A stretch of DNA of 54,167 nucleotides from Ignavibacteriales bacterium (GTDB lineage Bacteria; Bacteroidota; Ignavibacteria; UBA10030), in contig JACQBK010000009.1 of assembly GCA_016194505.1 (NCBI GenBank), positions 1 to 54,167 of the forward strand. Direction: 5' to 3'. The number at the start of each line of letters is the position of its first letter. The first letter of the stretch is position 1. The notes under the pieces are model-generated. The model did not search any database, was not told the origin of the DNA, and was given only the letters and a program-made list of their open reading frames with translations. Shown piece after piece: positions 47,201-54,167 of the stretch. The translations under genes were made by a program, and so were the position numbers.

Positions 47201-50200
47201 TAACTTTAATAATGGAGGAGCATTCGCCGGTTCAACCAGCACCGTTATATTCACAGGTAGCAGCATTAACGTATCAGGCGCGACGACATTTAACATCGTA
47301 CGTATAGCGGGTGCAGGGACGAAGACCTTCACGGCAAATCACACCATCAATGACAGTTTGAATATTGTAGGCGGAACATTAGATGGTGGCAGCACAACAT
47401 TGGTCGTAGGAGGCAACTTTAATAATGGAGGAGCATTCACCGGTTCAACCGGCACCGTTATATTCACAGGTAGCGGCATTAATGTATCAGGTGCGACGAC
47501 ATTTAACCGAGTGCGAATTGCGAGCGTGGGCACAAAGACCTTTACAGCAAATCACACCATCAATGACAGTTTGAATATTGTTGCCGGAACATTAAGCATT
47601 GGCAGCACATCGCTTGCGGTTAAAGGTAACTTTAACAACGATGCCACGTTCTCAACGACGACCGGCACTGTGACGTTCAGTGGCACAGCGGCGCAAGATA
47701 TAAACGGAACGTCCACTACAACATTCAATAATGTAACGATTTCGAATACGAGTGCTACGGCTTCACTAAGTGCGAACGTCAATATCAGCGGTACGCTTAC
47801 AGTTAATACAAACGCGGTATTCCAGCCTGCGGCTGCGGTCGTGATTAACAATGCGGCGGCGCAAGGAACAATTACCGGCTCCGGCACAATCCACGTTACG
47901 AGAACAGCAGCGACGCCTGATTATTCAAGCCAGTACAAGTTCACGACGAATACGCTTTCCGGCCTGACGGTGAACTACAGCGGAGCAGGCGCGCAAACAG
48001 TGAACGCGCTGAACTATGGCAGCCTCACTCTCAGCAGCTCCGGAACGAAAACATTTGCAGGCGCGACGAGCATTGCTGGTAATTTTGTCGTCAGTGGCGC
48101 AACGGCAGATGCGAAGACGAATTTGACGACGATTACGTTTAATGGAACTTCAGCTCAACAAGCGGCTGGCATAACATATTGTAATCTTACCATTAACAAT
48201 ACCAGTGGGGGTGTTGCGCTTTCCGGCAGTGCGGCAATAGACAGCGTATTGACACTCACCAATGGCACATTCACCGTTGGTGCCAACACGTTGACCTTCA
48301 ACGGTACTCCGATTTCGGGAACGGCAACCAATCTTTCCGCCAATGCGACCTCCAGCATTGCATTTACCGGCACGACAACGGGTATGTTCTTGCCGTCAAG
48401 TATTACAGCGCTCAACAACTTGACGGCCAATGTCCATCCGATCTCGAATAAAATTACGCACAATGGCGCTCTTACGATTAGCGGCATACTCTCCTTAACG
48501 GATGGTATTTTTGATAATATGCCCGTGAGCCCTGATACTCTGACGATTGAAAACGGTGCGAGCGTAAGCCGTGTTAATGGACGCTTGCGCGGCGCAATGA
48601 GGCGATACATTCCTACCGGAGCGCAAACGGTTGTGTATGATGTCGGAGGAAACGATCTCAGGACTCCCGTCACGCTTCAGTTCTCTAATGTTACAACTGC
48701 CGGTTATGTAACGGTGAGGATGTTGTTCGGTGACCACGCTCAAATTGCCACTTCGGGTATTGACCAGAATTTGAGCATCAACCGTAATTATGTTATCAGA
48801 CCGAACGGCATTGCATTCGGCTCCGGTTACAACCTTACGCTCGGCTATGGCGGTATCACGCCTGATGACATGGATCCAGGAGCAACGCCGGCTAATTTCA
48901 TTGTTCGGCGATATGATGGAGCTATCTGGTCTAAAACCACCGTTGGCACAAGGACGGATACAAGCACACAAGCAACAGGCTTGACGCAATTTGGAGAGTT
49001 CCAAGTCGGTGAGCAGTTAATAAAAACATGGGATGGTGGTGCTTTAACTAATAATTGGGGTGATGCGCTTAATTGGAATCCGGACGGCGTGCCAACCGCT
49101 CTTGAAGATGTTACATTGGATGGAGCAAACGCGATTGACGTCAATGTTGCCGCAACGACTAACACACTTACCCTCACCAATCCGTCGTTGCTGCTGACTA
49201 TCCTTAGCGGCAATTCATTGACAGTTTCCGGCGATCTCTTGGCTCAAGACGGCACGTTGAATACACAAGGCTCCTTCCCAAGCGTTACAGGTACGGTTAG
49301 TATCACGGGCGGAACGATTGGATACACTGCATCAAGCGGAAGCCAAACCGTGGTGGTGCAGCCTTATAATAATCTTACTATCGGTGGTGGCGGCACGAAG
49401 ACGCTTGCAGGTATTATCACGCTCACCGGCGATCTGGCAATCTCAGGCGGCACATTTGATTTGGGTAGTTTCACAGCAAATCGCTCCGCGGCTGGAGGAA
49501 CCTTGACAATTGCCAATGGAGCCACGCTGAAGATTGGTTCCACCAACACCCGCCCGACTAACTATAACACGCATTCTATCGGAGCGACAAGCACCATTGA
49601 ATATTCCGGTTCCAATCAAACTATCGGTGCTTTGAGCAGCTTGCAAAGTTACGGTCATTTGATTCTTTCCGGCTCGGGAACGAAAACGTTCCCCTCCGGC
49701 ACAACCGGTATCGCAGGAGATTTGACTATCTCCGGCGTTACAGCGGATGCGACGACTAATAGTTCGACAATAGATTTCAAAGGCAGTGCCAGCCAAGCGG
49801 TCGTGGCGATGAATTATTACAATTTGACCTTCAGCAACGCTGGCACCAAGACGTTTGCATTAGGGACATCGCGCATTGCGAATACGTTTACTATCGGCGG
49901 CACCGCTTCTGCGGATGCAACGACAAACTCGACAACGATCGAGTACAATGGCACAAGCTCGCAGGGTGTCCCCGCGTTTACGTACAACAATCTTATAGTT
50001 AATAACTCAGCGGGTGTTTCGTTGTCAGGTAGCACCACTGTCAACGGCACGCTTACATTAACAAGCGGCAACGTTACGACAAGCTCCAATACGTTAACGA
50101 TTGCTTCGACGGGAAGCGTTTCACGGACAAGCGGTCACATTGTGGGCAAACTTGCAAAGTATGTATCTGGGTTGGTGTTGAATCCGACGTTTGAAATTGG

Positions 50201-53200
50201 CGACGCGAGCAATTATACACCCATTAATATTACGTTTGCAAGCGTTTCAACTGCAGGCTACCTGACTACGAGCACGACATCAGGCGATCATTTCCAGATT
50301 ATTACCTCTGGCATTGACGGTTCGAAGAGCGTCAATCGTTACTGGACTCTCACGAACAGCGGCATTGTGTTCACAACCTACGATGCAACGTTCAATTTCC
50401 TTGCCGGTGATGTGGATGGCGGTGCAAACACCAGCAACTTCATCGTTGGAAATTACAATGGCTCAACGTGGACATTGCCAACCGTTGGCACTAAGACCTT
50501 TACAAGCACTCAGGCGACAGGCCTTAGCGGATTCAACGACTTCCAAATTGGTGAACCTTCCACAGGGGTTACAAAAACGTGGGATGGTGGAGCAGGAACA
50601 AGCAATTGGGGTGATTCGCAAAACTGGAACCCCGACGGCGTTCCGATTTCCACCGATAACATTAACCTCAACGGTGCTAACACAATCAATGTTAACGTAG
50701 CAGCTGTTGGTAACTCCATTACTCTGAATAATAGCGGCTTAACGCTGACTATTCTCAGCGGTAATTCCCTTGCTGTTTCAAGCAACCTGACGCTTACGAG
50801 CGGGACACTCAATACACAGGGTGCCTTCCCCTCCGTTACCGGTACGGTCAATATTACAGGCGGAACAGTCGGTTACACTGGTGCAACTGGCTCTCAAACA
50901 GTTAATGCGCTGAGTTACTTTAACCTCACGCTCAGTGGCGCCGCTACTAAGACTATTGCCGCCGGCACAACAAGCATCAGTGGCAACTTCACAGTGAGTG
51001 GCGGCTCAGTTGACGCAACGACGAATAATACCACGATTAATTTTAACGGAACTGGAAGCCAAGCCGTTGCCGCCATCAACTACAAGAATTTGACATTCAG
51101 CAATACCGGAACGAGAACCTTCGCCTCCGGCACGATCGGCATTGCTGGCGATTTCATCGTTACAGGCGGAACAACGGATGCGACAACGAATAGCACGACT
51201 GTCGACTTCAACGGAAGCGGAGCCCAAGCTGTCGCGGCGGTCAATTACTATAACCTCACGATGAGTAACGGCGGTACGAAGACTCTTGCAGCAGGTACGA
51301 CAGGCGCTGCTGGGAACTTCACCATTAGTGGCGGCACAGTCAACACGACGGCCAATAGCACAACGGTCAACTTCAATGGCATCGGCTTGCAGGCTGTTCC
51401 AGCCATCAGCTACTACAGTTTGACAATGAGCAACGGCGGTACGAAGACCTTCGGTTCCGGCACAGTCGGTATTGCCAGAGACTTCACTGTAACAGGCGGA
51501 ACAGTTGATGCCACAACGAACAGTACCACGGTCAACTTTAATGGAACAGGCGCTCAAGCGATAGCTGCCATCAACTATCATAACCTGACGGTAAGCGTTA
51601 ACGGGGGAACGAAGACCTTTGCTTCGGGCACAACCGGTATTGCAAGCAACTTTACGGTTACCGCAGGTGCGATTGACGCAACCTCGAATAGTACCACAAT
51701 CAACTTTAACGGTTCCGGCAGTCAAGCAGTTGCTGCGGTGAATTATCATAATCTTACGTTCAGCAATGGCGGCACGAAGATGTTCGCATCAGGCACAACT
51801 GGCATTACGGGTAATTTCACCGTGAGCGGCGGAACTGCCAACGCGACCACAAACGCCACTACAATTGATTTTAACGGTACCGGAACGCAAGCAGTCGCCG
51901 CGATCAATTACTACAACTTGACGATGAGCAATGGCGGAGTGAAGACGTTTGCTTCAGGCACGACCACCATGAGCGGCAACTATATCGTCTCCGGTGCAAC
52001 AGTCAATGCGACAGCCAACAGCACCACGATAGATTTTAACGCACTATTAGGCACGCAAGATGTTGCCGCAATTAATTACTACAACTTGACCTTCAGTGGC
52101 GGCGGGACGAAGAGGTTTGCTTCAGGTACATCGAAGATTGCATCCGCGTTCACAATCTCCGGTGGGACTGCCGATGCAACGACGAACACTCCGACTATCG
52201 AGTATAACGGCTCCAGCAGCCAAACGATACGAGCGATTACCTACAACAACTTGACGATCAATAACTCAGCGGGAGCCTCCCTCGCAGGTACTATTACCGT
52301 CAACGGAACGCTAAATTTCATCAGTGGCAATATTTCCACTGGTGCCAACAAGGTTACAGTAAGTTCTACGGGTACGGTTACACGGACCAGCGGTCACGTC
52401 ATCGGTAATTTTGAAAAGTATATCCCAACGATTGTCCCAACACGAACGTTTGAAATCGGTGACGCAAGCGGCTACACGCCTGTCACAGTTTCGTTCGGAA
52501 GTGTTAGCACCCCGAATTACTTGACGATTACAACAAATGCCGCCGATCACGCGCAAATCGGAACCTCGGTCATTGATAGCACGAAGACAGCAAACCGTAC
52601 GTGGACATTAACCAACGCGGGTGTCGTGTTTACGAACTATAATATTACTCTTGGATTCGTAAGCGGCGATCTCGACCTTGGCGCAAACACGAACAATTTC
52701 ATAGTTGGCAGATACAGCGGCGGTTCTTGGTCTTATCCGACAGTTGGCACGAAGACTGCAACAAGCACGCAAGCAACAGGCTTAACAACTTTTGGTGATT
52801 TCCAAGTTGGTGAGCAAGCCGGAACGACAAAAACATGGGTCGGTCTTGCCGGAGACTTGAACTGGAATAATGCGATTAACTGGAGTCCGGCAACTGTTCC
52901 AATATCAACTGACAACGTTAACCTCAACGTTGACTCGACTATTACCGTCAATACTGCTGCGGTAAGTAATTCGATTACGCTGAACAGCCCCAATCTTGTT
53001 CTCTTTATTACAACGGGTAACTCGCTTACTGCCTCCGGCACATTGACGATGTTGAACGGCACGTTGAATACACAAGCATCCTTCCCGTCGGTTACAGGTA
53101 CCGTGAGCCTTACGGGCGGCACGGTTGAATACAGTGCGTCCGGTGCGCAGACGATTTCAGCGCGGACATACAATAAGCTTACCTTAAGTGGCAGCGGAAA

Positions 53201-54167
53201 TAAATCGGCGGCGGGAGCGCTAACGGTGAACGACAGTTTACAGATTTTGGGCACGGCGGTGTTTGATGCGGGAACCTCGCTGACGCATATTTTCAAGGGA
53301 CATTGGCTCGTCAATTCTACTGCCGTAAGTCCGTTTATTTATACTACCGCAAGCACGGTGAACTTCAATAATCCGTCTCCGGCAGGCGCAAGAAATCTTG
53401 ATGGAACGACCTCTTCAACTCTTGCATTCAATGTTGTCAACGTTAATAACACGAGTGGCTTTAATGTTAATCTTAACATCAGCGCTTCGGGCAATTTAAC
53501 TGTTGCTACGAACGTAACACTCACGCCGGGCGCTTCCAACCTCATCAGCGGCACGGGCACGCTGATAGGCAATGGCACGGTGAAGGTTACCCGCACTGCG
53601 GCGACGGCGAATTTCAGTTCGCAATATACTATCACGAACAAAACGTTGGCAAACCTGACGGTGGATTATGCCGCTTCCGGTCAAGTCTTGTCGAACCTTA
53701 CCTATGGTGGTCTTAAAGTAAGCGGCTCGATCACCGGCGCACTCAACAGCGCAACAGTTGGTAATGCGTTTACGGTAACCGGAACATTTACGCCAACTTC
53801 CGGCACCATAACGATGAACAATGGCTCTTCAATTGTGAACTCAGCCGGTACGTTGACATTCAGCAACCTTACTATTGCGAATGCCGCAACTTCAACGACC
53901 TCCAGCAGCTTCAATGTTGGCGGCATCCTAAGTGTTGGAACAGGCTCTACATTTACTGCTTCGAGCGGCACCATCACTATGGATAACGGCTCGTCCATTG
54001 CGAACTCCGGTACGCTGACCTTCAATGGATTGACCGTTGCAAATACGGCAACTGTCACCACATCCAGCAACTTCAACGTTGGCGGTGCATTAAGTGTTGG
54101 AACGACCGCCAACTTTAGCCCTTCGGCTGGCACTATTACGATGAACAACGGCTCTTCGATTGCCAAC
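44205..54167 (+). CDS. Giant repetitive secreted beta-solenoid adhesin-like protein (partial, at least 3321 aa)
   Basis: TTG at 44205 after an in-frame TAG at 44181; signal peptide LVLFFVLVIAFQATAMA|Q; the same frame reads sensibly at the window end; the track shows no terminated ORF in this frame and the long V/P/L-rich antisense shadow ORFs share one register. Confidence 0.88.
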   Translation, partial: MKKAPYISSINRLFAPARAVSTRAWLANGFGAVHRLVLFFVLVIAFQATAMAQLDNIWKGTTSTAWSTASNWSLNLVPTNAHNVRIPRAANLPTLSAASVARTITFIDSLTASATATLTVGAQTLTVGTTGFPGNITINNVGVLSISTGTVTLSIAGTMTLNTGGSISMTGAGTIAVSGGWTNNGGTMSNTAGTVSFTGAATQTIGGTSSTTFPAISIANTAVYQMSNDNSATSLTFVAGTTASSLTHTGTSTLTVNGNVTINQPTANTITKAWNINGGSATVSGTLTIGGISNTASRVAAVVVTTGSLSVTGTTTLSTGTSSAVARIAVGTGSVTFSSALNHNEGTLAFTGAGTMNFDNTYAFASGGSVAPILTTVSGANLNFANNVTVSATGGLTLNAGSNTTFTGASTITPTTNVSFGNVTVNTGVTVTTATAAGTLTIAGNLLVSGTGNLGGAGTEPVILSGASATIDGSGTIAAATTVSAAHSFLNTANLTLSGTWTINTGITVTNNGIVTSIAAGGIVGGAASATWTNAAGSTLKISGPLLATGTLTATGNPNTVEYTGAGQTVKLPSGAPATYHHLTLSGSGTVTMPVTAMTLNGNFTTTGTESATAGAALTINGDVSLGSGTTFNASTFTHIVGSNWTNNATTFTASTSTIVFTGSGVNIAGATTFNRVRVAGSGTKTFTVNHTINDSLNIVGGTLDVGSTTLVVGGNFNNGSTFTPSTSTVIFTGTGINASGVTTFNIVRIAGAGTKTFTANHTINDSLNIVAGTLSAGSTTLVVGGNFNNGATFTASTSTVVFTGSGVNVSGATTFNRVRVAGSGTKTFTVNHTINDSLNIVGGTLDVGGTTLVVGGNFNNASTFTPSTSTVIFTGSGINVSGATTFNRVRIASAGTKTFTANHTVNDSLNIVAGTLDGGSATLVVGGNFNNASTFTPSTSTVVLTGSGVNVSGATTFNRVRIAGSGTKTFTVNHTINDSLNIVAGTLDVGGTTLVVGGNFNNGGAFAGSTSTVIFTGSSINVSGATTFNIVRIAGAGTKTFTANHTINDSLNIVGGTLDGGSTTLVVGGNFNNGGAFTGSTGTVIFTGSGINVSGATTFNRVRIASVGTKTFTANHTINDSLNIVAGTLSIGSTSLAVKGNFNNDATFSTTTGTVTFSGTAAQDINGTSTTTFNNVTISNTSATASLSANVNISGTLTVNTNAVFQPAAAVVINNAAAQGTITGSGTIHVTRTAATPDYSSQYKFTTNTLSGLTVNYSGAGAQTVNALNYGSLTLSSSGTKTFAGATSIAGNFVVSGATADAKTNLTTITFNGTSAQQAAGITYCNLTINNTSGGVALSGSAAIDSVLTLTNGTFTVGANTLTFNGTPISGTATNLSANATSSIAFTGTTTGMFLPSSITALNNLTANVHPISNKITHNGALTISGILSLTDGIFDNMPVSPDTLTIENGASVSRVNGRLRGAMRRYIPTGAQTVVYDVGGNDLRTPVTLQFSNVTTAGYVTVRMLFGDHAQIATSGIDQNLSINRNYVIRPNGIAFGSGYNLTLGYGGITPDDMDPGATPANFIVRRYDGAIWSKTTVGTRTDTSTQATGLTQFGEFQVGEQLIKTWDGGALTNNWGDALNWNPDGVPTALEDVTLDGANAIDVNVAATTNTLTLTNPSLLLTILSGNSLTVSGDLLAQDGTLNTQGSFPSVTGTVSITGGTIGYTASSGSQTVVVQPYNNLTIGGGGTKTLAGIITLTGDLAISGGTFDLGSFTANRSAAGGTLTIANGATLKIGSTNTRPTNYNTHSIGATSTIEYSGSNQTIGALSSLQSYGHLILSGSGTKTFPSGTTGIAGDLTISGVTADATTNSSTIDFKGSASQAVVAMNYYNLTFSNAGTKTFALGTSRIANTFTIGGTASADATTNSTTIEYNGTSSQGVPAFTYNNLIVNNSAGVSLSGSTTVNGTLTLTSGNVTTSSNTLTIASTGSVSRTSGHIVGKLAKYVSGLVLNPTFEIGDASNYTPINITFASVSTAGYLTTSTTSGDHFQIITSGIDGSKSVNRYWTLTNSGIVFTTYDATFNFLAGDVDGGANTSNFIVGNYNGSTWTLPTVGTKTFTSTQATGLSGFNDFQIGEPSTGVTKTWDGGAGTSNWGDSQNWNPDGVPISTDNINLNGANTINVNVAAVGNSITLNNSGLTLTILSGNSLAVSSNLTLTSGTLNTQGAFPSVTGTVNITGGTVGYTGATGSQTVNALSYFNLTLSGAATKTIAAGTTSISGNFTVSGGSVDATTNNTTINFNGTGSQAVAAINYKNLTFSNTGTRTFASGTIGIAGDFIVTGGTTDATTNSTTVDFNGSGAQAVAAVNYYNLTMSNGGTKTLAAGTTGAAGNFTISGGTVNTTANSTTVNFNGIGLQAVPAISYYSLTMSNGGTKTFGSGTVGIARDFTVTGGTVDATTNSTTVNFNGTGAQAIAAINYHNLTVSVNGGTKTFASGTTGIASNFTVTAGAIDATSNSTTINFNGSGSQAVAAVNYHNLTFSNGGTKMFASGTTGITGNFTVSGGTANATTNATTIDFNGTGTQAVAAINYYNLTMSNGGVKTFASGTTTMSGNYIVSGATVNATANSTTIDFNALLGTQDVAAINYYNLTFSGGGTKRFASGTSKIASAFTISGGTADATTNTPTIEYNGSSSQTIRAITYNNLTINNSAGASLAGTITVNGTLNFISGNISTGANKVTVSSTGTVTRTSGHVIGNFEKYIPTIVPTRTFEIGDASGYTPVTVSFGSVSTPNYLTITTNAADHAQIGTSVIDSTKTANRTWTLTNAGVVFTNYNITLGFVSGDLDLGANTNNFIVGRYSGGSWSYPTVGTKTATSTQATGLTTFGDFQVGEQAGTTKTWVGLAGDLNWNNAINWSPATVPISTDNVNLNVDSTITVNTAAVSNSITLNSPNLVLFITTGNSLTASGTLTMLNGTLNTQASFPSVTGTVSLTGGTVEYSASGAQTISARTYNKLTLSGSGNKSAAGALTVNDSLQILGTAVFDAGTSLTHIFKGHWLVNSTAVSPFIYTTASTVNFNNPSPAGARNLDGTTSSTLAFNVVNVNNTSGFNVNLNISASGNLTVATNVTLTPGASNLISGTGTLIGNGTVKVTRTAATANFSSQYTITNKTLANLTVDYAASGQVLSNLTYGGLKVSGSITGALNSATVGNAFTVTGTFTPTSGTITMNNGSSIVNSAGTLTFSNLTIANAATSTTSSSFNVGGILSVGTGSTFTASSGTITMDNGSSIANSGTLTFNGLTVANTATVTTSSNFNVGGALSVGTTANFSPSAGTITMNNGSSIAN
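46150..47680 (+). repeat. Seven tandem 213-bp (71-aa) coding repeats
   Basis: AAGACCTT anchor at 46257, 46470, 46683, 46896, 47109, 47322, 47535. Confidence 0.9.
50910..52260 (+). repeat. Eight tandem 165/168-bp (55-56 aa) coding repeats
   Basis: (D/N)ATTNSTT anchor at 51012, 51177, 51342, 51507, 51675, 51840, 52005, 52173. Confidence 0.88.
53780..54167 (+). repeat. Third tandem repeat type (54-55 aa), truncated by the window end
   Basis: GTITM(N/D)NGSSI anchor, Met codons at 53814, 53979, 54141. Confidence 0.8.

Noticed and set aside
44219-54166. Many minus-strand ORFs rich in V/P/L, up to 461 aa
   Set aside because: They are antisense shadows of the giant plus-strand ORF; most fall in one register and mirror its repeats

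Overview
Bacterial chromosomal window. SusC/SusD genes, signal peptides cleaved before Gln and canonical TTGACT/TAnnnT promoters suggest an Ignavibacteria-like FCB-group organism (inference). The left 28.5 kb is mostly housekeeping: DUF1385, prfA, tadA, a LacI-GH13-susCDE alpha-glucan locus, a tRNA cluster (Gln, Glu, Arg, Arg), psd, pssA, purS, a degenerate purQ, tatA, gatA, sucD, ndk, a Nudix gene, namZ, a reverse-transsulfuration pair, efp, accB, accC and gcvH. The tRNA cluster contains a small GIY-YIG nuclease and tRNA copies broken by tiny palindromic insertions, and the same palindromes recur nested in MITE/REP-like elements across the window. The right 25.5 kb is the main discovery candidate. 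It starts with two-component and sigma54 regulators, followed by seven paralogous secreted pilin-like proteins, a chaperone-like protein and an usher-like beta-barrel protein. Four sigma54 promoters with an unusual TTGA -12 element and a recurring enhancer motif accompany these genes. Two stand-alone receiver genes follow, then a giant repetitive secreted ORF of more than 3300 aa that the ORF track missed because it runs off the window. All calls come from reading sequence and motifs; no searches were run.
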